Made by a program: the position numbers and the translations under genes. A stretch of DNA of 64,000 bases from Candidatus Micrarchaeota archaeon (GTDB lineage: Archaea; Micrarchaeota; Micrarchaeia; Anstonellales; Bilamarchaeaceae). Below the pieces are notes generated by a model that made no database searches, had not been told where the DNA came from, and worked only from the letters and a program-made list of their open reading frames with translations. Numbering within the stretch: position 1 is the stretch's first letter; each line of letters begins with the position of its first letter. Location of the stretch: the NCBI GenBank assembly GCA_043812915.1, contig JBDRLQ010000023.1:10810-74809 (forward strand). The letters are read 5' to 3'. Below, piece by piece: positions 48,059 through 58,369 of this stretch.

Positions 48059-48727
48059 ATGGTGGAGTGGAACCTCGGCTGGGCCAGGCGCAGGGCTGAA
48101 GGCCTGGAAATGGGGCTCGATGGGCCAAGGGACTGGATTGGCAATCTCAATCTGGACGGCTCGGAGAAAATGCTCATTTTCAGCAACCTGGTCACTATTG
48201 CCATGGCCGTGGTTTTCAATTATCCGCTCGCGACGCTGATATGGATATACTGGCTCGAGAGCGTCATCATCGGCTTCTTCGCATTCTTCAAGATTCTCCT
48301 TGCCAAGAGGCTAAAGGACGAGTCCTTCAAGAACAACCTGGCCATGGCCCTTTTCTTCGCCTTCCACTATGGATTCTTCCATATAGGCTATTTCTTTTTC
48401 CTGGCCATCCTGCCCTGGTTTGCAAGCGGGCTGAGGAACCCCGAGTACATACTGCTCACCGGGGGTGTATTGTTCATCAGCCATGGCTTCTCATTCATAC
48501 TGCATGTGCTCAAGCAGCATGAGGGCAAGAATGAACAGACGGCCGACATCCTTTTCACCGAGCCCTACGCGAGGATAATCCCGATGCACCTCACAATAAT
48601 CCTTTCAGGATTCGTCATCGGTTTCCTTGGGATCATCAGGAACCTGCTGATACTGGTCCTCTTCATGGGGCTCAAGACCGGAACGGACATCTACTTCCAC
48701 CGGGAGAAGCACAGGATGGCAAAATGA
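48059..48727 (+). CDS. DUF6498-like membrane protein
   Basis: YWLESVIIG, FFAFHYGFF and PYARIIPMHLTII. Confidence 0.8.
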   Translation: MVEWNLGWARRRAEGLEMGLDGPRDWIGNLNLDGSEKMLIFSNLVTIAMAVVFNYPLATLIWIYWLESVIIGFFAFFKILLAKRLKDESFKNNLAMALFFAFHYGFFHIGYFFFLAILPWFASGLRNPEYILLTGGVLFISHGFSFILHVLKQHEGKNEQTADILFTEPYARIIPMHLTIILSGFVIGFLGIIRNLLILVLFMGLKTGTDIYFHREKHRMAK

Positions 48728-48730
48728 TTT

Positions 48731-49045
48731 TTATCTTTTCCGAACGAGCAATTCCGCGGATTCGGAAGCGCCCAGAAGCTCGACCGAATATTCCTTCCAG
48801 TCCGCTTTCGCTTTGCTCGCATAGCCTTCGGAAAGCCGGCACAGCTCAATCTTGGCAGACTCATCAACCTTCCCAAGGAGCAGGACGACTGTCACCCCGC
48901 TTCCTCCGGGGTAGCTTCCCCCGGTGCCCTCCGGCCCGGCCTCTATCGTCTCATTGACGATGTCCAGAATCTCCACTTCCAGCCCGTCCTCAAAAACAGC
49001 CTTCTGTTTTATCTCCAGCCTGAACTTCTCTCCAAATGCCAGCAT
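48731..49045 (-). CDS. Hypothetical protein
   Basis: 104-aa beta-rich ORF. Confidence 0.5.
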   Translation of the reverse strand: MLAFGEKFRLEIKQKAVFEDGLEVEILDIVNETIEAGPEGTGGSYPGGSGVTVVLLLGKVDESAKIELCRLSEGYASKAKADWKEYSVELLGASESAELLVRKR

Positions 49046-49069
49046 GAAAAAACCTAAAAAAGGAAAAAA

Positions 49070-49288
49070 TCAGTCCGCCAGCGAAAGCAGGACCTTCATC
49101 TTGAATGTTGTGAGGAATTCCTTGTTCTGCCACTGCCCGATGAGGTAGTCGCCTTTCACTTCGAGCACCTTGAACTTGGGAGGGCTCGGAAGGCCGTGGT
49201 CAACCGCCAGCGTCTTCCCTTTCAAATGCTGCAAAGCAGCGGCATAATCCTCTGCCCCTGCCAGAACTTCACTCAGTTTTTTTGCCAT
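49070..49288 (-). CDS. Small hypothetical protein
   Basis: AGGTGTGA RBS; 72 aa. Confidence 0.6.
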   Translation of the reverse strand: MAKKLSEVLAGAEDYAAALQHLKGKTLAVDHGLPSPPKFKVLEVKGDYLIGQWQNKEFLTTFKMKVLLSLAD

Positions 49289-49446
49289 AATTCACACCTT
49301 GCTTTCCCTTCGGAACCTAAGTTTATTAGCATATCGGAGCTCAATTTGGCGGCGGGCAGGACACACTCCCAAACGCAGGCACACACCACAATCATACGTC
49401 GTTGGGCAGATGAAATGTTTATATATTTATTTCCTGAATTTCTTCC

Positions 49447-52400
49447 ATGCACCCGAAAGAACGCAAAAGTTCCAGGAGCTATTTTGGAATAAAGGAAGAA
49501 TACATCACTCTTGGGCTTATTGCACCGCTGATATTCGCCTGCATGGTGACCGATCCAATCCTTGTCTCTGTCGACAACTTCAATAACGGCCAGTCTTCGG
49601 CATTGCTGGTTTATGGCGGGTTGGAGAATCAGACATTCGATTTCAACATCTCGAAATACGTTGCCAGGGGCAACTGGTCGAAGGACGGGGTATTCGCTGA
49701 TTTCACGGTGCAGATGTGCCCCACTGCTGGAGCGCCATCGAACCTTAGGTTATATTTCCCGGATACAAACAATTCTGTTCTCCTTCACGCGGGTGCGCTA
49801 GGAGGGTGCCAGAACGTCACGGTGGATACGCTGGGATTCGACCCTTATTTCAACACCACCACCGCGACCATAATTAACCTGCCGATGATTATCGAGGCCG
49901 CAATCGCGGGTGGGCAGCTCAACGGGGTCAACTTCATGATGCTCAGGAATCCCAAGATATACGATTCCTCTGAGGCCGTGACATACACCCTCATGTGGCC
50001 CTACTTCCAGTCTGACCAGGTGAGGTACAAGTGCAATGATTCGGATGTTGAACGCCTAGTAACATCTCCAGCTAAGACATGGAATTTTGCCTTTAAACTC
50101 CCGATGGATCTTCCTGCACTTCCTCCGTTGCCTTCGTTACCGGTTCCAATACCTCTACACGGCAACCAGCTAAGTAGCTCTGCAAATTTCTATGACATGC
50201 CATGCCCGGCCTATGGCATCCCTGGTAAGCATACTGGCAAGGTGACTGGTGTTCATATGTTTATTGACGGCATCGATTGGGTGGACTACTTCAACACCAC
50301 CGATTATTTCAACACCACCCTGAACACCACCTACTGGGACGTGCGGACTGCCAATGCCTCACTCCCGGCGCAGAATTACAGCGTGCTGCGGATGGAATCC
50401 CCACAGGTTGCGACTGGTATGAACGCATTCTATTCAATCCCGGTCACTCCGAATGCGACAGAAAGATTCAACATATCGCTCAAACTCGCGAGCATGGACG
50501 TCTCCGGGGACATAGGGGCATCGGCGGCAGGGATAATCGCTTTCTTCAATGGCACTTCTGAACCGACGACCCAGGCACTATTGGTAACCAACCTCAGCCA
50601 GCTTCTGGTCTTCAATGAAACCGCGATAATGCTTATGTGCAATCTTTCTGGGCCGGAGGCCAGCGGGGCTCTTGGGCCATCACCGCATATTTTTGAAATC
50701 AGCAGTGAAGGCAAAAACATCAGCTATTATCTGGATGGTGCCCTGTTTGGCAGTTGCCTTGGTGAGAACGGAATCAATGATACTGTCTACTACATGTTCT
50801 CCCCTGATGCCATTACTGATGGCTGGATTGGCAACATGAGCGTGGATTCTGTAAATGTCACTTATGAGAACTGGAATGGAACTGACTGGGTGCCTTACGT
50901 TTATTTCCAGGAGACATTCGATGCCCTGAACACAACCGCATGGACAATACTGAACGACACTGCTGCCGGAGGCTCAAACTACTCGATAAAAAGCTGGCTC
51001 TACGATCCGAGCGGTTTCGCTTACTATGAGGACAACTGGCCGGCAGGGGAGCTTGACCTTTACTCATACGCGGATGATGATGGCAGCGGCATCGTGATGT
51101 ATTATAATGAGCCCTTGGTCTACTTGGATGCCAGCACCAGGCTCTTTTTAGTGAATATTACCGCAAGCGCGAATGATGTTCAGGGAGACGCCTCCGGGAT
51201 ATTCCTGATGAGGAGCAAGATGGATCCTGATACGATGGCCAACTTCATTCCACAGGTGGCAGCAGCCATTGTCTACAATGGCACTGACTACAGCATGTTC
51301 TGCGACCTTTCGGCAGGCGCGAACGCAACTGGCACTTTCACCGTGCAGAATGATTCTTTCGGAATGTTCTTTGACAACACAACGCTCACCATGGTTGCTG
51401 GAACGACAATCCTGGACAACTGCACATTGCCGGATTCAGACCTCTATTTCGCCTTTACATCCGATCCGCTCATAGACGCGAACAACGGGAACTCAACGCT
51501 CGATTCGGTAACAATCGCCGCAGTGAACCTGCACAATGTGACCGACTGGAGATGGTTCGAGCCTGAATCGGAGGTATGGGAACAGGTCTCGGCTTTTGGT
51601 GGGGCATTCAACTTCAGCATAACATCCGATGTGATAGTCAGGGACTGCACAGACCCATGGAACTGTGGATATGATTTCCAGCTCCAGTCGGATACGGCCG
51701 GGAGCGTCAATATCTCAATAGTGAATATCAGCTACGAGAGCCTCATCGGATACAATGGCGGTGCACCAAATGTCACAATAACCAACACACCGATATTCTC
51801 ATGGATGGCTGACAATTCAACAATAAGCGATTCGGAAGTGAGGTATCAGAGCGCCTTCTTTGATTCCAGAGTGGAAAGCAGCGACATAATAATGAGCGAC
51901 CTTGAGTGCACCTACGCCTCCGGCTCGCAGCTGTACGGCGCGTACAGGCTCTCAGGGTTCAGCAATAACAGCCTGGGCAACCCGCCCCCTCTGGGCGTGC
52001 CCTCAATCGAGATTTCTCCAGAGCCCTGCGGGGAAATAGTCAATAGCGAGATAAACGGCGGGCTGATGCTGGGTGGCTCCGCATATAATTCTGTAATCCG
52101 CGGAGGCGGAGGACTGTTCATGGACTTCGAGGACGCTGTTTTCGAGAACTATTCCCTGGCTACCGGCAAGGCGACCATGAACCTGACGAAGTATGGTGCC
52201 AACGCCCCTGCATGGCTCACTGCGATGGGGCAGCCTAATGACAGCATTGATGTCACGGCGCTCCTGGGTATTTTCGGGGGCGGCTCTGTGCCGCTTGGCT
52301 GCTTCGAGGGAGCGACTTTTGCGATAGAAGGCTTCCCGGAGGCTGTGCTCTCGGATTCCACCGAGCCGTTCGCCTGCTGGATGCAGCTCTATAGCATTCA

Positions 52401-53628
52401 TCTTATCTTCAACAACATGAGCATCACCAACAGCTCCATCGGAGGCCCGACGATATCGCTGGAGAATGCCAGCTTCACCATCGGGGACCAGGATGAGCTC
52501 TTTAACCTGAGGCTGATGCAGGAGAACGCCTATGTCGTGTTCTGGGGGGTGAACACCTCTGCCGGAGCCATAAACTTCAATTCAACGGCGCAGTATGTCG
52601 GCTCGGACCTGTTCGCAATCAACGCCTCGTATTACAACTGGACCAACGGCTCGGTGAGCACGATAGCCTTCACAAACCTACCATCCAGGCCAACGACCGT
52701 CTACTATTATCCGTTGTTCACTAACGACACGAGCACCGTGGTGGCCGATGGCATACCCTGTGATGCGAGCAACTACTGCTTCAACATAACCTGGGTGGCC
52801 TCAACCGGCACTCTGCTCTTCAATGTCACCAACTTCTCTTCATACGCCATAGCCCGGGCCGCGCCGCCTCCAGGAGGGGACGAAGACGAGCGATTCTCGC
52901 TCTTCGTTGATGCCGGCAGGGTTGGGGAAGAGACGCTGTTCAGGGCGGAGAGGAGCTCCGGAAATCCGCTAGGGCTTGTTGAAATCAGGGTGTTTGGCCC
53001 TGGGAGCTCTGCCCTGCTCGCTGAAGTCCTCATGACTGATGCCCTTGGCGAGGCGATCTTCGTTCCTGCCGGGGAAGGCATGTATTATTATCGGGCCACA
53101 AGGCCCGGCTATAGGGCCGAGGAAGGCTCGTTCTACGTCGCTGAGCTTGAAGGGTCGGGCGAAGAGCCTGAATCTCCGGCGACTGTCCCCGGAGAGGATG
53201 AATGCGCTGATGATTCCGCGTGCGCCAATGACCAGGTCTGCACCGGCGGCTCATGCATAGGCATCGAGCCTGGCGTCTGTGGACATTTCGTTGGCCATGC
53301 GTGGGTCTCATACCAATGCTGCGATGATTCCATGTGTCCGGAGAACTACGTGTGCACGGACAATGCGTGCATTGAAACGCAGGCTGAAGTGCCCGCGGCT
53401 CCGGAAACCGAGCCTCCAGAGCAGCCGGCAACGGTTCCTTCAAGCCCTGTTATTGATGAAATCGAGCATTTCGACGAGCAGCATGTGCCTGAATGCTGCT
53501 TCCTGGGAATCTGCGGCGTATATGGAGGGCTCTGCTGGTACTGGTGGCCGGTACTGCTTGGGCTGCTCGCCATTCTCCTGGCTGGAGTGGTTCTTTACAA
53601 CCAGGCGATGAAAAGGGGCAAAAAGTGA
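49447..53628 (+). CDS. Large cell-surface glycoprotein with a C-terminal TM anchor
   Basis: Very many N-x-S/T sequons, duplicated beta-sandwich-like segments, TDALGEA module, Cys-rich units, and CCFLGICG...CWYWW before a TM helix and basic tail. Confidence 0.85.
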   Translation: MHPKERKSSRSYFGIKEEYITLGLIAPLIFACMVTDPILVSVDNFNNGQSSALLVYGGLENQTFDFNISKYVARGNWSKDGVFADFTVQMCPTAGAPSNLRLYFPDTNNSVLLHAGALGGCQNVTVDTLGFDPYFNTTTATIINLPMIIEAAIAGGQLNGVNFMMLRNPKIYDSSEAVTYTLMWPYFQSDQVRYKCNDSDVERLVTSPAKTWNFAFKLPMDLPALPPLPSLPVPIPLHGNQLSSSANFYDMPCPAYGIPGKHTGKVTGVHMFIDGIDWVDYFNTTDYFNTTLNTTYWDVRTANASLPAQNYSVLRMESPQVATGMNAFYSIPVTPNATERFNISLKLASMDVSGDIGASAAGIIAFFNGTSEPTTQALLVTNLSQLLVFNETAIMLMCNLSGPEASGALGPSPHIFEISSEGKNISYYLDGALFGSCLGENGINDTVYYMFSPDAITDGWIGNMSVDSVNVTYENWNGTDWVPYVYFQETFDALNTTAWTILNDTAAGGSNYSIKSWLYDPSGFAYYEDNWPAGELDLYSYADDDGSGIVMYYNEPLVYLDASTRLFLVNITASANDVQGDASGIFLMRSKMDPDTMANFIPQVAAAIVYNGTDYSMFCDLSAGANATGTFTVQNDSFGMFFDNTTLTMVAGTTILDNCTLPDSDLYFAFTSDPLIDANNGNSTLDSVTIAAVNLHNVTDWRWFEPESEVWEQVSAFGGAFNFSITSDVIVRDCTDPWNCGYDFQLQSDTAGSVNISIVNISYESLIGYNGGAPNVTITNTPIFSWMADNSTISDSEVRYQSAFFDSRVESSDIIMSDLECTYASGSQLYGAYRLSGFSNNSLGNPPPLGVPSIEISPEPCGEIVNSEINGGLMLGGSAYNSVIRGGGGLFMDFEDAVFENYSLATGKATMNLTKYGANAPAWLTAMGQPNDSIDVTALLGIFGGGSVPLGCFEGATFAIEGFPEAVLSDSTEPFACWMQLYSIHLIFNNMSITNSSIGGPTISLENASFTIGDQDELFNLRLMQENAYVVFWGVNTSAGAINFNSTAQYVGSDLFAINASYYNWTNGSVSTIAFTNLPSRPTTVYYYPLFTNDTSTVVADGIPCDASNYCFNITWVASTGTLLFNVTNFSSYAIARAAPPPGGDEDERFSLFVDAGRVGEETLFRAERSSGNPLGLVEIRVFGPGSSALLAEVLMTDALGEAIFVPAGEGMYYYRATRPGYRAEEGSFYVAELEGSGEEPESPATVPGEDECADDSACANDQVCTGGSCIGIEPGVCGHFVGHAWVSYQCCDDSMCPENYVCTDNACIETQAEVPAAPETEPPEQPATVPSSPVIDEIEHFDEQHVPECCFLGICGVYGGLCWYWWPVLLGLLAILLAGVVLYNQAMKRGKK

Positions 53629-54647
53629 GCGCGCTTGAAAAGCTCGGAAAAGCGATCCGGATAAGCAGGCCACTTTTCTGGCCAGCGCCATTCGCGGCCT
53701 ATGCGGCCGGGATAATCATCGGAGGGGTTCCTCATAGCCTTTTCGTGATGTGGGAGTTCTTCCTTGCGACATTCCCCCTCTCATTCGCTGTCTATTTCCT
53801 GAACGACTACTTCGATATGCCATATGACGCCAAGAATCCCAGAAAGGGCGGCGTGTGGGGATACAGGCTCACAAAGGCCGATGCGGCATGGGCATGGAAG
53901 CTGTGCGCGGCCTTCGCCATCCTGGCGGTAATCACCGCAATCCTCTCATTCAACCTGGTGCACGCGGCGCTGATAGCCGTGGGAATGATTCTTCCCTTGG
54001 CATATTCCGCCCCTCCGCTAAGGCTGAAGAACATCCCGGTTCTGGATTCCATCTCCAACGCAGGCTATGCCTTCATCCCATTCGCGGCCGCGGCATCGCT
54101 TGGAGGCTCCCTGGCATTCCTTGATTACCGGGTCCTTGTAGCGGTGCTTATTGTCGCGGCGTTCCATGCCCTTGCGACCATCATGGACTACCGGAAGGAC
54201 AAGGAGGAGAACCAGGCGACCTTCGCGGTGGTGCTCGGGCCCAGGGCGCCCGCAGTGTTCGCCGCGTCCATATTCCTGCTTAATCTGGCAGTAGTGTTCC
54301 CGTACCTTTCAGCAGTCACCTTCGGGCTCATCCTCGCGCTCGCCCTTTCGCTGGCGCTGGCAGTGTGGCCGGAGCCGAAGAATGCGGTCATTGTGTTCAA
54401 GGCGCTTATGGGATATTCGATCCTGGTAGGTTACATCCTCATGCTCAAGTATGCGCTATTCACGCAGTTCGCCGACTACGCGGAGCCGGAAATTGGATAT
54501 TTCATAAGAGAGTGCAGGGAAAATCCGGGGGGGCCGTTATCCGCATTATGCCCGACCTTCCAGAAAATGGAGGATGACTGCTCGATAGGGACTGAGAATC
54601 CGGCCATGCCAGGCTTCTGTGATTACCTGTCGCGGGAGACCGAGTAA
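53625..54647 (+). CDS. UbiA family prenyltransferase
   Basis: ISRPLFW, NDYFDMPYDAKNPRK, YSAPPLRLK and IMDYRKD; GTGA overlap with the surface-protein gene. Confidence 0.9.
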   Translation: MSALEKLGKAIRISRPLFWPAPFAAYAAGIIIGGVPHSLFVMWEFFLATFPLSFAVYFLNDYFDMPYDAKNPRKGGVWGYRLTKADAAWAWKLCAAFAILAVITAILSFNLVHAALIAVGMILPLAYSAPPLRLKNIPVLDSISNAGYAFIPFAAAASLGGSLAFLDYRVLVAVLIVAAFHALATIMDYRKDKEENQATFAVVLGPRAPAVFAASIFLLNLAVVFPYLSAVTFGLILALALSLALAVWPEPKNAVIVFKALMGYSILVGYILMLKYALFTQFADYAEPEIGYFIRECRENPGGPLSALCPTFQKMEDDCSIGTENPAMPGFCDYLSRETE

Positions 54648-55609
54648 TCGGCGATATCAAGAAGCGATTTCTTATCCTCGGATTCCTCGAGCGGCCCCAG
54701 CGCCGCCTTCGCCTCATCCGCAAGCTTCCTGGCGAGGGATTTGGCGTATTCCAGGGAGCCGCGGCCCTTCATTATCCCGATGGCTTCCTGAATATCATCC
54801 TCATCGGTTGTACGAGACTGCAGGATTTCCTTCAGCCTCGAGCGTTCCGCCTCATTAGCATTCTCGAGGCAGTGCGCAACCATCAGGGTGCGCTTCCCCT
54901 CATGGATATCCCCGCCGATTTCTTTCCTGTACCTGCGAAAATCCCCAGTTAGGTTCAGCACGTCATCATGAATCTGGAATGCTGTTCCGAGCTTGCGCCC
55001 GAACGATGAGAGCCGCGATGACATCCCCTGTCCAGCATCCGCGAAGAAGGCGCCGGCCCCGCAGGAGAGCTCCATGAGCGAGGCCGTCTTGCCAATCACC
55101 ATCTCAAGGTATTCCCGCTCGCCAATATTGAACCTCCCCTCACGTCTCCACATAATTTCCATTCCCTGCCCCAGCACCATCCTCTTCACATGGCCTGCGT
55201 ACATCCTCTGCAGCTTCAGGATTCTTTCAGCTGGCTGTGGCAGGGAGAGCATCCAGTCCCACGCGAAATTATAGAGGGCGTCGCCCGAGTTCATGGCGGT
55301 TGGCATGCCATATGTGCTGTGCATCGTGGGCTCCCCCCTCCTGAACTTTGAGCCATCTTCGATGTCATCATGTATCAGCGTGACGTTGTGCACAATCTCG
55401 ATTATCGCTGCGCTCTCCACCGCGCTTTGGTATTTGCCCCCCGCGATGCCGCAGGAGAGGAGGCAGAGGGCGGGCCGGAGCTTCTTGCCGCCCCTTTTCA
55501 GGAACGGGGCGATTATGCCGTATACGCTTTCGTCCTCGGCGCCTAGCCTGGAGGCTACCATCCTGTCGATTTCGTCCAGGTGCTTCTGGATATGCGGGCA
55601 GAGTTCCAT
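54623..55609 (-). CDS. idsA: Polyprenyl (geranylgeranyl) diphosphate synthase
   Basis: GGKKLRP, LIHDDIED...RRG, GQ, KT and FQIHDD. Confidence 0.93.
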   Translation of the reverse strand: MELCPHIQKHLDEIDRMVASRLGAEDESVYGIIAPFLKRGGKKLRPALCLLSCGIAGGKYQSAVESAAIIEIVHNVTLIHDDIEDGSKFRRGEPTMHSTYGMPTAMNSGDALYNFAWDWMLSLPQPAERILKLQRMYAGHVKRMVLGQGMEIMWRREGRFNIGEREYLEMVIGKTASLMELSCGAGAFFADAGQGMSSRLSSFGRKLGTAFQIHDDVLNLTGDFRRYRKEIGGDIHEGKRTLMVAHCLENANEAERSRLKEILQSRTTDEDDIQEAIGIMKGRGSLEYAKSLARKLADEAKAALGPLEESEDKKSLLDIADYSVSRDR

Positions 55610-55694
55610 GTGCAATCGGAATGATTTCCCAACGCAAGTATAAAAGCCATATACCCCCAAAAACGCTTTAATATGTTGGCAGAGCAATATAATC

Positions 55695-56207
55695 ATGGTA
55701 AAACAGGCATATATCCTGCTGGCAATCGCCGCCCTTTTCATCGGCTCGGTGGCAGCTGGTACAATCGCGGCCAGCGAGCTCTATCTTGAGAATGTCCCAG
55801 GTTCCTGCCAGGAATTGGATGTGGAGAACGGATACATCTGGCTTCCAGGGAAGGTATCGGATTTGTTCAGCGGCAAGCTCCTTATCCTGCATTTTGCCCT
55901 GATAAGCGGAAATGAGGTGACTGTCAGCGGAACTGTTGGCCAGGGGGGAATCTACGGCCTGGAATGCGGGGAAACTGAAAATGCCGACTATGAAATCCGG
56001 ATGAGCGACCTCAACGCAATCGAGCTTGCGACATCCACGAGGCCGGTAATGACATTCGTCCGCCTCTGGCGCCAGGGCCAGATTGAACTCGAGCCCCATG
56101 GGGAAGATAATGGGCGACTTCTGCTGCAGGAAGGCAGGCTGATGGCCCAGGATGATGAGCCGGTCCCGGAAAGTATAAGGGTCATGTTCGGGCAGTTTCT
56201 TGAGTAG
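55695..56207 (+). CDS. Secreted protein with an SCP2-like fold
   Basis: Signal peptide; ADYEIRMS...WRQGQIEL resembles the C-terminal domain of 41355-42821. Confidence 0.6.
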   Translation: MVKQAYILLAIAALFIGSVAAGTIAASELYLENVPGSCQELDVENGYIWLPGKVSDLFSGKLLILHFALISGNEVTVSGTVGQGGIYGLECGETENADYEIRMSDLNAIELATSTRPVMTFVRLWRQGQIELEPHGEDNGRLLLQEGRLMAQDDEPVPESIRVMFGQFLE

Positions 56208-57140
56208 TCACACAAAGTCCAGCCAGTGGATGTATCTCTCATCCTTTCCGCGGGCTATGTTGAAATATGTGGAGCGCAGCTCCTTTGTAATCGGGCCTGC
56301 GCCATTGCTTATCTCCCGGTGGTCCACCCTCCGGACGGGGGTGACCTCCGCGGCGGTCCCGCACAGGAAAACCTCATCGGCGGTATAGAGCTCATCTCGG
56401 AGCAGGGAGCGCACCTCGACCTGGATTCCCATGTCCTTGGCGATTTTCATTATCGAATCCCTTGTTATCCCGGCAAGGATGCCGTCATGGAGCGGAGGCG
56501 TCGTAAGCACGCCATCCTTCACGATGAACAGGTTCTCGGCGCTCCCTTCGGCAACATGGCCGTTGTCTATAAGCATAATGGCCTCGTCGAAACCGGCGTC
56601 CATCGCCTCCTTCTTTGCCAGGATTGAGTTGAGATAGTTCGCGCTCGCCTTCACGTGCGGGGAGAGCACGGAGCCCTTCATGCGCCTCCAGCTGGAAATT
56701 CCGCAGGTAATCCCCTTATCCGCCTTCGCGCCGAAGTATTTGCCGAAAGGTATGGCTGAGATTATCATGCTGAAGGGGAGGCCGGTGATGTCAAGGCCTA
56801 TCTTGTCGAAGCCGATGAACACAAGGGGCCTGATGTAGCATTCCCGGACCTTGTTCATCCTGATTAGCTTCCTTGTGACCTCACACATCTCATCAAGGGA
56901 ATAGTCTACCCTGAAATGGTATGATTTCGCGCCGCCCTGGAGCCTCTTATAATGGTCCCTCATCCTGAAGACTGCGGGGCCTTTCGGGGTGTCATAGCAG
57001 CGCATCCCCTCGAATATGGCGGTGCCGTAGTGCAATGCGTGCGTGAGCCCGTGGACAGTGGCCTTGTGCCAGTCCATGAACTTTCCGTCCATCCACACCT
57101 TCTTCAGGAATTCCGTCTTGAGCGATTTCATGGGTATCAC
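56208..57140 (-). CDS. ilvE: Branched-chain amino acid aminotransferase
   Basis: HALHYGTAIFEG, KASANY, AEGSAENLF, ILAGITR and GTAAEVTPV. Confidence 0.95.
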   Translation of the reverse strand: MIPMKSLKTEFLKKVWMDGKFMDWHKATVHGLTHALHYGTAIFEGMRCYDTPKGPAVFRMRDHYKRLQGGAKSYHFRVDYSLDEMCEVTRKLIRMNKVRECYIRPLVFIGFDKIGLDITGLPFSMIISAIPFGKYFGAKADKGITCGISSWRRMKGSVLSPHVKASANYLNSILAKKEAMDAGFDEAIMLIDNGHVAEGSAENLFIVKDGVLTTPPLHDGILAGITRDSIMKIAKDMGIQVEVRSLLRDELYTADEVFLCGTAAEVTPVRRVDHREISNGAGPITKELRSTYFNIARGKDERYIHWLDFV

Positions 57141-57209
57141 TTTGGCAATCTGCTGTAAGCTTCTTAAGTGTTCTCTTCCATTTACTGCACATCTTATTTG
57201 GTGAATATT

Positions 57210-57449
57210 ATGGCAAAGAAAGTAGTGGTTTATTCGTCGAGCTTCTGCCCTTGGTGCGACAAGGCGAAGGAATTTTTGAAGGAGAACAACATCGAATTCG
57301 AGGAGAAGAACGTTCAGGAGAACGAGGATTATGCCCGGGAGATGCAGAAGAAGACCGGGCAGCTTGGTGTCCCGGTAATCGATGTGGACGGAAAGATAAT
57401 CATCGGGTTCAACGTCCCGGCGCTCAAGGCGGCCCTTGATTTGGAGTGA
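57210..57449 (+). CDS. Glutaredoxin-like protein (NrdH/YruB type)
   Basis: CPWC active site and GQLGVPVI. Confidence 0.92.
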   Translation: MAKKVVVYSSSFCPWCDKAKEFLKENNIEFEEKNVQENEDYAREMQKKTGQLGVPVIDVDGKIIIGFNVPALKAALDLE

Positions 57450-57457
57450 AGGCGCTC

Positions 57458-58369
57458 ATGTCCATGCAGTACGATACGGTCATCATAGGAGGAGGGGTGG
57501 CAGGCTTCTCCGCCGCGATGTATGCAGGCAGGCTGAAGCTGAAGACTCTTGTCCTTGGCGAAGTCAGGGGAGGCACACTAATACTCACCAACGACATACG
57601 CAACTGGCCCGGCATAAAGGTGACCGACGGAATCACCCTGGCCAAGCAGGTTGAGGAGCACGCCATGGAATATGATGTGGACTTCAAGATGGAGAAAGTG
57701 GTTTCCCTTGAGATCGCCAACAGCGGTTATGTGGTCAAGACAAAAAAGGAATCATTCACAACCAAAACAGTGATACTCGCAACAGGGACAGAAGTCCGGA
57801 AACTGGGGGTTCCAGGGGAGAAGGAATTCAACGGCAAAGGCGTCCATTATTGCGCCCTCTGCGACGGCTTCTTCTATAAGGACAAGGTTATCGCGGTCGC
57901 AGGCGGAAGCGACTCGGCCGCAAAGGAATCGCTGCTCCTCACCCAATGGGCCAAGAAGGTGTATATAATCTACAGGAAGGGGAATATCCGCGCCGAGCCC
58001 TTCAATCTCGAAGCCGTCAAGAAGAACAAGAAAATCGAGATTATCAACAACACCAACATCATCGAAGTATTGGGCGATGATAAGGTCAGCTCAGTAAAGC
58101 TCGACAAGCCCTATGATGGCAAGGATGAATTGCCCGTGGACGGCATTTTCGTCGAGATTGGCCACCTTCCCCTCTCAGAGCTCGGAAAGCAGGTGGGCCT
58201 GAAGCTAAACAAGAAAAACGAGATAGTCATCAACCGGAACTGCGAGACCAGCATGCCCGGAATATTCGCCGCTGGTGATGTCGTCGACGATCGGTTCAAG
58301 CAGGCCATTGTCGGCTCGGCGGAAGGGGTCATCGCCGCCTACAGCGTGTATGAGTACCTCAGGAAGTGA
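57458..58369 (+). CDS. trxB: Thioredoxin-disulfide reductase
   Basis: IIGGGVAG, HYCALCDG, GGSDSA and FAAGD. Confidence 0.93.
   Translation: MSMQYDTVIIGGGVAGFSAAMYAGRLKLKTLVLGEVRGGTLILTNDIRNWPGIKVTDGITLAKQVEEHAMEYDVDFKMEKVVSLEIANSGYVVKTKKESFTTKTVILATGTEVRKLGVPGEKEFNGKGVHYCALCDGFFYKDKVIAVAGGSDSAAKESLLLTQWAKKVYIIYRKGNIRAEPFNLEAVKKNKKIEIINNTNIIEVLGDDKVSSVKLDKPYDGKDELPVDGIFVEIGHLPLSELGKQVGLKLNKKNEIVINRNCETSMPGIFAAGDVVDDRFKQAIVGSAEGVIAAYSVYEYLRK

Noticed and set aside
49330..49415. Short GCAGG(C)ACACAC direct repeat as a possible small RNA
   Set aside because: Only two short copies and no convincing fold.
33056..55609. Carotenoid pathway from the FAD oxidoreductase, UbiA and polyprenyl synthase
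   Set aside because: The genes are not clustered, no phytoene synthase or desaturase is visible, and ether-lipid or quinone roles explain them equally well.
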